From NCBI GenBank assembly GCA_002633005.1, contig NMRA01000078.1, positions 634,336-698,335 on the forward strand: a stretch of DNA of 64,000 nt, written 5' to 3'. The stretch is from Phoronis australis (taxonomy: Eukaryota; Animalia; Phoronida). The notes beneath the pieces are model-generated. The model was not told the origin of the DNA and made no database searches. It saw nothing but the letters and a program-made list of their open reading frames with translations. Of this stretch, positions 23,976-36,872 are shown piece after piece (position 1 is the stretch's first letter; the number at the start of each line of letters is the position of its first letter). Made by a program: the position numbers and the translations under genes.

Positions 23976-25560
23976 AGGGGCTGTGAAAGAAGAAGACTTT
24001 TTTGATTTTCATGAAAAACTTAAGTAGCATAAAACACAAACGAAATGATATTTCAAAAAACTGTAACAGCCGACACCTCACTCTCAACATTTGAATCAAA
24101 TAAAATTTGACCCGTGTTAATGATTCCGTTGTTTTTCGATCAATGTACCTGTCTTTCTTTTGCAAACATTTATTTAAAAAAACTGGTCACGTGACCCAAT
24201 TAATAACAGATTTAAAAAATTCAAAAGTAAAATTTTAAAGACTTTACTTTCAGAAAATATTAACTTTTAACGAGTTAAAAGCTAAAATTTTGTAGATATT
24301 TGGACAAATATGCATACCTGTGATTAAAGCTCTTGCATCAACCTAAAACGTTCCTGCAATGGATTTTTGCAGTTTTGAGGTTTTAGACCGTGTATAATAA
24401 TTTTATAACATAAAAAATCTAACTGTGGAAACACTTATGTCGGAAAATAACTGGGGAACTTCGAATTTTAAGGAAGAACTGATGATTTATTTTGGTTTCC
24501 CGCTACGTGATGTCATCAACGGAAGACGTTGATCAGTTGACAGCATATACATGTATGCAATGGAGGATAAAGTTACGAAGACTTAGAGACTGAGCTTGAC
24601 GAATATTATGAAGACAGGTATGGCGATTGGAGTAAAGACGTGTTTGAGGCCGTACTAAATCGACCCTCTCAAGAGTCAAACCCCTGCTCAGTCTGCGAAT
24701 AGTCCTGATATCAGAGCTAACATCTATTGAACCACTCTATAACTTTCCAGCAACTTTAGTGTCGAGTAATACGTATATGTCATGAACTGTAAATCTATAA
24801 CCGAACTGTAAATTTATATCGGAAGATTTTTCACTCACTGTCAAAGCGCAGTCGCGAATAGGTGGCATATTGATTTCATTTCTTCGAATGCCGAGTGTTT
24901 TTGTCGAGAACGATCACATCTAATTGTTGTGATGCTAACTAGATTTTATTTCTGGTAAATGATACTGGTTTCTGTTTTGTCTGTTCCAAAATTATTGTGC
25001 TGTGTTGACGGCTCGATTGAAATTAGTGATCACTTAATATGTTCCTGACGACCACGTTCCCACCAATGGTACAACACAATACACTGTTTTTGATGTACGT
25101 TTGAGAGGTCTTCATCAAATCTCCGTGTCTGCGACGAGTCGATGCACTAATCTTTAAAATGGCTTGCCGAGAGCCCACAGTGGCCTCTGATTGATCCGCT
25201 GCTCCACCGTGTAGGGCCTACTGCCAAACCCGTGTCCAACGTACGAACCTGTGCTATTTCTGGATGATCTTAGGGTGTTTTGGAAACACAAAAACTGTCC
25301 GGTTGCTGTTTCTGGATCCTACCCACGCGCACCTTTACTTATTTCAGGCATTGTTTAAATCTTCTCGAGACCGCTCCGCCTCACGACTGCTTTAAAACAA
25401 CACAATGGCGGAGATTGGACTTCCACTGATGACATTACAGAAATATTTAATTTTTAATTTATTTTTTGCATTTACTACAAGTACGTAAATTGAAGAAAAA
25501 ATACTTAAAAGATCATGCCAAAATTATTGGTAACCGAATTTAAGCACTTATGATCTTGGT
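23976..25560. mobile_element. Degraded Kolobok-like DNA transposon relic with a THAP remnant (-) and a possible KolX-like remnant (+)
   Basis: Minus strand ~25160-25300 reads VFVFPKHPKIIQK*HRFVRWTR...VGSR/SHFKD (THAP F.FPK..KW..FV..CS.HF). Plus strand has PY*IDP (~24650) and AECFCRE (~24890). The left part 24030-24200 is homologous to 46985-47160. Boundaries are approximate. Confidence 0.5.
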
Positions 25561-25748
25561 GTGAAGGATTTAATTTTTGGCTATGCGGGAAATCTTTTCT
25601 GATTCGCGATTGTTGTTTTGCAGCACACTCTCTGTTGCCAAGTATTTCATTTTTAGCACTTGTCAATATTGACTCAAATGGCGCACCTAAAATTGACAGT
25701 AGCTTGCACCATGACGCTATCGATGCAAAACAAGCTGAATATAGTTAA

Positions 25749-25830
25749 CTGACGTCATTGTCACGCTTCACTTTCACGAAATCAAATCATACAACAGAAT
25801 TTCGGGACTCTATTTTCCGTTGATTGGAGT
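25749..25830 (+). promoter_or_regulatory. Candidate proximal promoter of gene B (CRE palindrome and reverse CCAAT)
   Basis: TGACGTCA at ~25750 and GATTGG at ~25822, about 90-170 bp upstream of the ATG at 25917. Motif presence only. Confidence 0.3.
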
Positions 25831-25916
25831 TGCATTGCCAAATCGTTGGTAGCTTCGTGGAGGAACAAAGCCGTTTTGGATTCTCCCGCCGGCAGTGCAG
25901 AGTCAACGTGTTGAGG

Positions 25917-25965
25917 ATGGGACCTGAAAAGGTGCTGATTGTAGTAGGTTTTCTATACATCCCAG
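25917..25965 (+). CDS. Gene B first coding exon: signal peptide
   Basis: AGGATGG start context. Reads MGPEKVLIVVGFLYIP then G|gtaagc, a strong phase-1 donor. Joins in frame to 28175 (…YIPGCSQPGSALPLC). Confidence 0.65.
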
Positions 25966-28174
25966 GTAAGCCAAACCTTTTTGTATTAAAATGACGTTAC
26001 CACTTTATGAACTAAAAAAGGCATTTTAGGATTGTTGTCGGATGGGGTGGACTTCTTGAAGTTAATTGGCATTCAAATGTGTTATAAAACAAAAAAATCC
26101 CATTGATTTTGTAATTCTCGCCTCGGTCTGTCAGATACTCGCTGAAATCCAGGTGGCGACTTTACCCATTAATTACTTCTAAAATGTCCTGACATTTAAG
26201 AACGGGGTTGTGCTCCGTTGTTAGTTCTCTAATACAAATTGTCGACAGTTGAGTTTTGTTTGTTACCGGGGTCTTATCTCACAACTCCGTGAACTATCTC
26301 CCAATTTTCTCTAACCGACGGGTAATGATATAGGCGACCCGATTTTGCTTGATCACTAAATTTCCTGTACGTACATTGCAATGGATGTGGGATTGTACCA
26401 AGTCTAGTCTGTTATGAGAAAACGAATGTTGGAGAGAAATTCTAGGTTTTGCATAATCGTCAAGGTTTATTGACACAAAACTTTCGACTACACGTCCATT
26501 GATTACCGGCATGCAGAAGTGATTAACTACACGACACTTTTCGATATTAACAGTCAGTTTCTTCACCAATGTTCACCTGAATGTAGAACTTTGTTCCGAA
26601 GATACGAACGGAACGGAGAAAAGACTGTTAATAACGAAAAGTGTCGTTTTTAATCAACTCTGCATATCGGAAAACTTTCTCCCGAAGTACAACCATTTCG
26701 TTGTTTACTGAACAAATTTAAGATTCCATTTTTGCGTTAAGCCTTTGTATGACAAACCAACTGACAAGTACAAGACCGCTTGCCTAATCCGTTTTCAGTG
26801 CCAGAGTTTTTAAAACTGAAACCAAGTACATAATTATATTGATGGCTACCAAGGGTCACTGAACGTATTTGGACTATCGCAGAAATTCAGTATGGGTATC
26901 TTCTGAGTCAACATGTACCTATCACAGTTAATAATGACAACAAATAAAGTAAAATAATAGTTGCCACTAAAAAGTTCAATGTGGCTTTTTCGGTGGCAAA
27001 CATAGTAATTCGTATCATTATGCATATTATTTACAAAGCTTTGTCAGTCCTGGTGCGGTATATTTTCAATCTCTATGCTGCTTCAAATTTTTTCAAAACG
27101 CTGACGTCTGTACAGATATGGCTGTTTAGTAATTATACAAATGCTCAAAAAGGTTTTCTGTTTCGCGACAGTCATTTGTATGTCAATATGGTCCTATGAT
27201 GGCCCTATGGGTTGGCCACCGTCTCTACCAGGGCCAAAGATATACATGAAAAGAGCATAAATTGATGCTTCGTCGAATTCAGATTTCATCCGAACAAGCA
27301 TAACTTCAAACAAACTTTGCAAAAGTCAATGAATCATCGATGCGCCGGCCGATCTAAATTAGTCTTCAAAAGAACATAAAATGTTTACAAAATACGCCTG
27401 TCTAAGGTTTCGAAAGTCATTGCCATGTAATTACATCAGCACTACACATCTGTTACATTCTTGTTCGCCTCTGTAACTGAGAGAAACTAAAAGATAAGAT
27501 CAGTCCGCTGCAAATACACGAGAAGGTGGCAACGAGAACGATCCAAGCTTCTAGCCCCCGATTTTGTAAATTTGTCCCTGTCGTTTGCACTTATATAGCA
27601 ATATTTGATTGTGCTGTGTGATGCCAAATGCAATGACTCGAATAAATGAATAGTTCGCTCAAAAAAGGAAAATTTTATTCAGATATATTTTCCTGGTCCT
27701 GTAAGAGGTTTCAAACGAAAGCTTCAAACACGGAATCAAATGCTATTTCAAAGGCAATAAAGACAAGGGATCCAGTAAGTATAGTTTATTCCGGGTTAAC
27801 ATTTTGTATTATGTTCAATCCTCCGCACTTTGGTTTGTCTTTGCTTATGGGACAGGACCGTTACTTCTTTCCCAACCGTACATGTCAATCATATCATCTG
27901 CCGTCATTTTAACAGAGCATACCAATAAGTTCCCGAATATCACTCTACTCGCGTGATTTTTTGCGTGGTCTTGATTTTTCGTGAGACTCCTGCGTCTACG
28001 GAACGCACCCTCCTTTCCCTATCTGGCGACTTTAAATGCTGTTTTGTGACAGTAGTCATTTGCGTGATGTTCAATTTTTACATATTGCAATTTACACTCT
28101 GCATTGTGGTGCGTAGCTTTCACGTGTGACAACTTTCATTTTGCGTCATATGTTTACAATTCTTGTTTGTGCAG

Positions 28175-28321
28175 GATGCAGCCAGCCAGGCTCGGCTTTA
28201 CCACTATGCCATCCGGACTATTGTGAAGATTTTCCCGATCCAATCTTGTCCATTGTACGTGGAGATATTACACCTAGGCAACTATGTTATTTATCACAAA
28301 GTGACCAATGCCCGACAATAG
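28175..28321 (+). CDS. Gene B exon: small Cys-rich extracellular module
   Basis: Acceptor tgtgcag and donor G|gtattc, phase 1-1. Reads CSQPGSALPLCHPDYCEDFPDPILSIVRGDITPRQLCYLSQSDQCPTI. Paralog of 1713-1871. Confidence 0.8.
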   Translation, partial: DAASQARLYHYAIRTIVKIFPIQSCPLYVEILHLGNYVIYHKVTNARQ

Positions 28322-29967
28322 GTATTCGTTGTTCAGTTGTGGTTTGTCAACATCGAAAATGCATTACTTGATGAGCTCTTATCACGTGACAGCAATTTGA
28401 TTGTGCTTGATTTGGTGTTTGTTATTATTTGTCATCTTGGTAAAGATTGTTCGATTTAAGGCACTGTTCTGTTGAGTTTACTCTCTTAGAATTGTGAAAA
28501 CATCACTTTGTAATTTGTTTAAAATAAGATTTTGGGTTCAGCATCCAGTTGGGCATCATGGTTCTCTTATTGTATTTTCGGATGATTTGCGCGACCAAAT
28601 TATTTCCAAAAAAAAAACATTTTGAAGCGAACTTTGGCTAAACATGGGTGACGGATACGGGGGCAATACTTCATATTTTTTCAAAAGCGCGTATTTTGCT
28701 AAATTTACCTAGAGTTAAGAAAAATCGAGTAGAGAAGGTATAAATTTGTAGCAAGGCGAAATTCATGTAAACAATCGAGAATTAAATTCTAAGTTTTCGA
28801 TCATCTGGGTTTGCTCTCGTCCTCAGAATGTTGGTTGAGTAGAATTGTGGTCACGAGATTAAATTTCCAGGATTACAAAACTTAAATTGGTCACTTGAAA
28901 TTCGCCTTCAGTTGGTAATTCATTCATTAATCGGATGGAAATCAGTGTATCTTTTTGCTGTTGTGTTTATAAAGAATAGTTTTGAGAAATGATACAGTCT
29001 TAAAAATATCCTAAAGTATTTGCAGAAATTGGTTACATATGGTTACGAGGTCTATGCTTCGTACTTTTGTATGAAGTCCAGACATATTATATATTGTTTA
29101 TGAATACGTCAATCTTAATATGGCGTGGAAAATGTGTTGCAGACATGTTGAATCTTGTATATTTTATCAATTTGCCGCTTGAAAACAGTTGAACGTGTCA
29201 TCCACATCCGGGGCCAGTTTCATGAAAAGGACTTGAGTTCGAGACACATTTTGATCTGGTACTCCCACTTCAAAATTTCTGAAAAAAGTTTTACCGTGAA
29301 GTAATTAGCGTATCACAGTCCAGAAATAACTTATATAGAAGTTATCTCAGTAACTAGAAATTGTGTATATACGTTCAATTTTTTGCGAGTTTTGATGAAG
29401 CAAGATGAAATGTTTTTCGAAAAGATTTGTATGAAGCGTAACAACAACTTCCTGTCTTAAGTCGGTTGTCGTGAAACAGATCCTTGAGCCCAGCTGCACG
29501 AAGCAGCCCCAAATAGGGATTCAATTTCGTTCCCTAAATCTACTGAGTATTTGAGTCTTTCTTTACTCACGGAAATACGGCTTCTCTTTGACTAATGGCA
29601 TTTTCTAATAATATAATTAAAACTGAGTCCTTAAATTAGGGGCGTTACAGGAAAAGATACCTATTATTGTTGATAATATTGATAATTCAACATGGAGTTC
29701 ACTCTCGATTTCAGTATAAAATTAAATATTGACTTAGCAGTGAAACAAAAAATAACATAAGAAAGAAAATTTGACGTTGTCACACTTCCACTAATACGCA
29801 ATAATAGATTTAGGGAACTTAGCTGAATCCTTATTTGGGACTTTTTCATGCAGCCAGGCACTGAAGTGGATAAATGTTTAAGCTTAAAACGTTTTGCAAA
29901 ACCCAGCTCTGCAAATGGTGACTACAGTGACTTTTTAGTAAGACTCCGTTGTTATGAATTTCTGCAG

Positions 29968-30275
29968 GTGAAAAAGGTACTGAACAGCATGCAACAACAC
30001 ACGTTACGCCTGGCGATACAACCATTCCCAATACGACTGTTGCTGCGGCAACTGTTGTTACAAACAGGGTTGCAACCACCGGGGCAGAATCAACAACTGC
30101 AGCTACAACGGTTGCCCAGGCAACTGTTGCTGCTGCTACAATTGGTCAGACAACTATTGCTGAGACGACTGCTGCTGAGACGACTGTTTCGGAGACGAGT
30201 GTTTCTGCGACTACAATTGCTGAGATTATTGTCAATGAAGTAACATCTACTGTGAAGATTCCAAAAACCGCTCCA
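29968..30275 (+). CDS. Gene B exon: Thr/Ala/Val-rich mucin segment 1 (not in the ORF track in this frame)
   Basis: Acceptor ttctgcag and donor gtatgt, phase 1-0. Open frame EKGTEQHATTHVTPGDTTIPNTTVAAATVV...AETTAAETTVSETSVSATTIAEIIVNEVTSTVKIPKTAP. Confidence 0.85.
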
Positions 30276-30861
30276 GTATGTCTCTTCTAAGTTATTTGTT
30301 TGTCAGGATCATACGTTTTCACACTTCTAGATATAACCGTTTCCTTGTTTCATGATCAAGCGTGCTAATTCTTGTGGACGTTCAATGACTTTTTAGGAAA
30401 CGCTTTCAAAAGATATTAAAGAAATAAGCACTTAGTCCCAAATTGCAAGTCGTTAAATACTGAGACTCAAGAAATGAAAAGAATGCGGCATGTACGCACA
30501 CTAGCAAGATGGCTTCCGCTGACGGTGATCACACGATAACCCTGGAGTGTTTAAGGGCAGCCTAATCACCCGAACTGCTCACAGGGAAACCTGTTGTTAG
30601 TGTCTCGTGAGCGCCTGTAGCCTTGCTGGTGGCATTCGTGACTCTAGACGGTCTATTTCAGACTTGCCTTTCTCATATCACGGTAAAGTTCAGTCGCTGT
30701 CCCGGCGGCCAGAAAAATCCCCTCATAAGCCAAAATCACGTGTTCTCGTTAAAAACACGCGGCAATGTGTCACGTAATCTCAAACGTAGTCTTGCTTTTC
30801 TAGACACGTCCTAGCGAGGTCCTCAAGTGAACCCTACCCAGTTTATATCATCATATTTCAG

Positions 30862-30934
30862 GCAGTTGATGTCGCTATGGTTACTACTGAGGGTCCAACA
30901 ACACAGCAAGATGTCAGACTATCTACACAACAAG
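30862..30934 (+). CDS. Gene B linker exon (Thr-rich)
   Basis: Acceptor atttcag and donor AAG|gtacag, phase 0-1. Reads AVDVAMVTTEGPTTQQDVRLSTQQ. It supplies exactly the phase change needed between the two phase 1-0 mucin exons. Confidence 0.7.
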
Positions 30935-32049
30935 GTACAGGCTAATATGTGGTGTATGTGATAGCGAATAGGGAGGGGCGATGTGTTTAAACATTAACTA
31001 CTGTTTTATAGTAATTTTTCGATGTAGCGGCGACCTGTTAATATAAACATTTTCGCTAGATGTCGAAAGCGTAGTTTGTGAACATCAATCTGGAGACTTT
31101 ATGCAACGGGATTTCTCGGCGTTCTTTAGAATTTTTTCGCATCTGTATTGCCGCCAAAGTCAATTAACAACTATTGAAAGGTCAGATATAAATGTGACAG
31201 GTTATCTCGGATGTGTTTGGTCATATGTCAATTACGCTGGTACCATTACTTGAGTCGGGTTGGTGTAGTACGGTAATTCTTCATTGATTTCGCATACAAC
31301 ATGGCTGACAAGTGAATTTATATTTTGCCAAAATTTTCTATAAAATACAGATTAAGAAAATTTGAGTTTATTAATAGCATGGGTTTGTACAATGTGGATG
31401 CCATAAACAATATTTTGGGGAAGTTTTCGTTATTTACATTCAAGTGTTTTTTTTATAATGTTTATTACGAAATCTTCGATACAATGAATATACATAACCC
31501 AGAAAGCGCCAAGAGGCATTACATCTGGGTTAAGAAAGTACGAAGAAATCTATATACAATTATTTTACACAAATACATAAAAAAGAAATCTGTATACAAT
31601 TATTTTACACAAATACATAAATTAAAAAAACTGTTGTTAAGATTACAATGACATATGATTACGAAAGTAAATAAATCATTTTCATACACATGTATACAAT
31701 TCTATCCACTCACACAAAGAGATTTAATATTATAAAGATGATTAGATACTATTTCGAATAAAACCTTATTTTCATTTGGGTTGAGTTCTTGACTTCCATA
31801 TAGAAAAACATTAATTTTGTTGTACACTTGCGGAATTTCAGAATATTTTTTTTAAATATTGGGGTATTGTTCGAGTGTCTGGAAAAGCTGTACCCTCTGC
31901 TCCTTGCATACCTCACAAGCAAAGAAAACATGAGCATTTGTCTGTGCGTCTCCACAGCAACACAGAGGCGAAATATTATTAAAATTATGTCTAAATTTCT
32001 CGTTCTTTAGGAATAGACCGCATCATGATCTGTATAGGATTATTTCGTG

Positions 32050-34030
32050 GTTGCGAGGAAGTTGGAACGATGTCAATGGGACTGGCAACTCTTGAGTAGT
32101 AGTATGCATTTTAAAGTTATTTTTAGAGTGAGGATTGAAGTGCTTTCTTTTATTTTGGATGGAAAGGAATTCCAGTTGTCAATACAAGTTAATATGGTAG
32201 ATTTCCTGATGGCTAGGCTGAGGGAAGATGGAATAGTGTGCATATTACTTTGCCGCAGTTCTGGTCTCTTGTTAGGTCTTTTGTTGGAGTCAAAAAGGAT
32301 TTTGTTAGAGTAATTGTTTGTATTGGTTAAGACTTTGAATGTATACATGGACAAGTGGACTTTACGACGGGTTGCTAGTTTGCTCCAGTTGAGACTGTTT
32401 AGAACCTTGATTGTGTTGGATCCTTTGTATGCTCCTGTTATGGCTAAAGCTGCTTGGTATTGTAGTCTTTCTAATTGAAGAAGTATGCCAGAGTTTGCCG
32501 ATTAGTAGATTATGTCACAGTAATCTAGATGTGGAAGAACAAATGACTTGAACAGAGTGTCAAGATGCATGGAGTTGAGATGACGAGAGACAATTCTAAT
32601 TGGATTGATTAATTTTTGTACTTTGTGAACAAGTTCGCGACAGTGAGGAGTAAATGTACGCTTGTGGTCGAGTAGCAAGCCAAGATGTTTGTGTGTGAAC
32701 TTATTGGGAATAACTTCCCCATTGAGTGATCATTCCAGTGTTGGATTTGTTTGGAAATGAGTATTATTAGACTTAGAAAATATAAGATCAACACTTTTTT
32801 TCAGGTTTAAATTTCGTCTTCCATTTGCAAGACCAGTCATAGAGTTTGTTTAGGTCAGTTTAAGGAGTCATGGGATTCTCTTTTGAGAATGGGTAGAAAA
32901 TTGCAATGTCATCAGCATATAAGAATGTTTTAGAGTTTATTGTGTCTGGAAGATCATTGATGTACAATAATAAAGTAAGGGACCTAGTACGCTACCGTGT
33001 GGTGCCCCAGCATTTACGAAACCTGGCGTTGATGAGCGTGATAAGATACTCTCTATTCGGACTTTGTAAGTTCGACATTCCAGATATGATTTTAAAAGTG
33101 AGAAGAGATTTCCGAAAAAACCGTAAGATAGTAATTTATGTAGAAGCAGATCATGAGGAACGACATCAAACGCTGACGCAATGTCTAAGAATATGGATCT
33201 CACGTTGCATCCTTGCTCAAACTGGAGGTGGATTTCGTGTACGATTTCTGTAAGTTGGGACACAGTGCTGTTACCAGGCTTGAATCCGAATGGGCGACGA
33301 TATATGAGGTTTTGTGAAGAGAGGTGGTGAGAAATTATTCTTTCTAAAATTTTGGATAGGGTGTTAAGTAGAGTTACGGGGCGATAGTTGGCAATGTCTG
33401 TTTTGGGGTTCATCTTGTGTATTGGTATCATAACACCAAGTTTCCATTTCAAAGGAAATTTTCCAGATTGTAGTGTTTTGTTATGTAATGTTGTCAGAGG
33501 AGCTGTAAGCTCTCTTGCTATTAGCTTAATCATTTTATTGGTTATGAGATTGGTACCGTCGTTTTTGTTTTCGTCAATATTTTCTAGTAGTTTTGGGACT
33601 TCAGATGGTTGGGCTTGTATGGCAGAGAGGTGTTCTAATGTTCTGTTTGGGAATTCGAGAAGGCTTCTTGTTGGTGCAACGTGACTCTTGGCGGTGAAGT
33701 ATTCTAAAAATAACTTACGTTTTTCAGCTTGGGATGACGCCAGAGTGTTGAATTCCTTTGAGTGGATGGTGGGGTATGAGGATTGCTTTACCTCTCCTCG
33801 AATTTTGTTTATTATATCCCAATATTCCTTTGGATTTTTGGAGACATTGTTGATGTTGGAGATTATTTTCATCTTATAGTCTTGTTCTGTCTTTTTAATT
33901 AGTTTTTCCACACTCTTGCACAGTTCTTTGTATTACTTAAACGTGCACGGGTTATTTGATTTTCTGAACTATCTGTACAGCTTGTTTCTTTTATTTATTT
34001 CAGTCTTAATGTATTGTTAAACCACGGTTT
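32050..34030 (-). mobile_element. Degenerate CR1-group LINE ORF2 (reverse transcriptase) fragment in an intron of gene B
   Basis: ORF 32937-33911 contains FPLKWKLGVMIPIHK, NYRPVTLLNTLSKILER, FLDIASAFDVVPHDLLLHKL and GAPHGSVLGPLL. After a frameshift comes LYADDIA (~32903-32922) and C-terminal motifs (LPHLDYCDIIY, LNWSKLATRR). Confidence 0.92.
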
Positions 34031-35171
34031 GTTTTTGTAAATAGAAAACTGATTATTGAGTAACATTAAAAAGTGAAGTGGATAGGCGTACTACAGATGT
34101 GAGATAAATACAAATAGGTAAGAGCCAACGTGGTAGACAATTTGTACATATGTAGAACATGAATACTGTACTTTGGGATGAAAGAATATTGCCAATTACA
34201 TTGCTATTATTGCACATGACGCCGCCCGAGTCAAATAGGGCTCTAAGTCAATTCTATACTCGATTGGCCACTTTTAGCTTGAACGCCAATGGTGATTAAA
34301 GTTGAATCAGCTTAAAAAGCGAATTGAACTCATGAACTGACTCACACTTAATGGGATGACTAGATCAGTAGATGAAAATGAATCATTTGAGGTAACATAG
34401 GCTATGTGTACATGTATTCGAATGGTATAGCTGCAGTTGTCAAGTTCAGTGTAGTTTCATAGTCAAGACACAAGTGAGACGTAAAATTCCTTAAAAATAT
34501 GCATTACTAAGATATAAGATGTTCTGATTTCACTCCTTGTTGTCTCATTGTTATTAGGAAGCTATGCGTATAAGCTGTAGCTAATTGACCCAGAAGAGTA
34601 TTTTAAGTACTTTATCACTTGCAAATCAAAGCTCAAGCGAGTTGTACTTTTTGCTGCACCGAGCTTCTCTGTGGGCCAAAAATTGCCATGCCAATATCAA
34701 AATCAAAATTTATCGGCAAGAGCTCGTTTGCACCAAAAGTGTTCAACTTTTGTGCGAAGTAAAAGGAACATTACTGTAATACGTGTTTTGTTTCGAACTC
34801 GTGTGTGTTCTGCAGTAAGATTATGTCCACCAGTAATCTGTTTCACAGCACAACGAAATACTGGCGGGTAAAGCTAATTTCAGCCAATTTAACAACGTTT
34901 TCTTTAGTGTCCACTGACACTGGTGTAGTGATCAGCGGCTTGGCTTGTCGGCTAGACCTCGTTTCCGTAAGGCACGCTGTCGTCCACACATGTTGGTTGG
35001 TTGACTTTATTAGGCTGTGCATACCAAAAATGTAGATGAATGACAGCGAAGACGAGACTGCATAAAAAGGGAATGACAGATAAATATTTGTTGAAACAAA
35101 TGTGTTTTAATTAGGGTGAACTTTTACTAGCCAGTGCTGCTGCACCGAGTAAGTCCTTAAATTATGCTTAA

Positions 35172-36078
35172 AGAGTTCCCACCATGACTCTGTGTCTCGA
35201 AAAGAATTTTATTAATACATCTTAAAAGATTTAGTATACCTGTTGTTAAGAAACAGACAAAAAATTTTTAAATATATTTCTGTTATCGGCGTTTATGTAA
35301 TGCGTGCCCTTGTTGTTTTTAACACTGCGATGCTGAGGAATTGTAAGGAAAGTCCAGGGGGACCCGCATTTTTCAGACATGAAAAGGTGCGTTTGTGGAG
35401 GCTACTTAACCGAGACCGTCTCTGTGTTCAAATTTCATAACGACGTAAAAGTTTGCATAGAAGTGACGTCAGTTTGTGCTTTGTACCAGAGTGTGGAATG
35501 TCGAAGTGAAGTCGGGAGACACCCTAAATTTATTCGGCACATATTTCAAGGAATCATGTTTCGTCCAAATACAAAAGCGGCGTTACGATAAAAGACTTGC
35601 CATCTTGTAAGGGTATTTGCAAATTTTCTAAATAACGAACAAACTGCTTCAATCCATTCTAGGGCGAGTGATGCCAGGCCCTCGTCCCCGGCCGGCCCAG
35701 ATCGAGTGCTACTACGACACGTAGGCTTATGCACTGTGTTTAGACCGGGCTCATTCCATTGTGGTAACAGTGAATACGAGTGACCAAAGTTTGTCACTGA
35801 TTATTAAGTGTATGTTTTGCAGAATAGTTGTCCAGGTTTCGCTCAAAATCGTCCTGGTCTGATGATCTGTTGTGTTCCGCCAATGCAAGATTTTGTCAAG
35901 TGATCAAACGCCTTCCACCCATTACGTCGTTTAGCGCGAAATAACTAATTTTTCTTTAAAATTAAGAAGTTCGCAACTACTTGGTCTAAAAATGCTTATT
36001 TAGTTACATTTTATCGTATTCAGTTGATATTAGCTAACTGAAACCTCAAAAACTATGAAAATACGTGGTGGGAACTCT
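35172..36078 (+). mobile_element. Non-autonomous TTAA-specific DNA transposon (Kolobok-like) with a THAP remnant
   Basis: TTAA|AGAGTTCCCACCA ... TGGTGGGAACTCT|TTAA, a perfect 13-bp TIR with TTAA TSD. Internal MKRCVCGGYLTETVSVFKFHNDVKV is a decayed THAP start. Homologous to 44703-46934. Confidence 0.85.
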
Positions 36079-36872
36079 TTAATGTTACCCATATTAAAAC
36101 GGGTTTAAATCTGGGCCACGTGTTGAACAAATTGTTGAATACGGTAAAAGCTACGTTCATGTGTATTGAGAATATTTTTATTGATAATAACACCCGGTGG
36201 CGCTTTTGTCGTATTTAATTCATTCGAAATTTTGGTGGAGTAGCTGCACTTAAGTTTTTATGCTTGCGTTCTTAATTCGCCCAACTTTTCATTGGGTGCA
36301 TTGAATTTTGTTCATAACATCCGCCCCGAGTTGTCAGCTAATTCCTTTAAGACTTCTACAGTTGATTTTACTTTATTGACATGCGCACTCTCTGTTACTT
36401 TCATTGTAGCCATAGCAACATGAAATGTATTTTCCACACTGTGTTGTACCTCATTCAGCAAACTGCCGTAAAATCTCGCTAATTTAGGACGCGAGAAAAC
36501 AGATATTGTTTATGTCTCTACACCAAATAATTGCATTATCAATATCAAGTTATATTCCAGAGCTATATTAAGACAAGGTTTCTAAAAATTGTGGGTACTC
36601 ACACATGTGTTAGAAGCTCTTGGAAAATGACAAAAAGCAATTTTAATTGTTAATTTGGTCCGAGATGGGTGAGATCTTGCAAAAATCAAATGCACAGCAG
36701 TGCTATTTACTTACAACTTAAGAATTCGTCTCTATCACAGCTAACGTACTATGTCAGCTGCATTTTTTGAGGAAAATATGAAGTTTTTAGAAGCCCTGCG
36801 CTGCAGAGTTTTTAATGTTTGAAACATTATTTAACCAATGACTGCAATCAGGTTTATTCTGTATCTCTGTAG

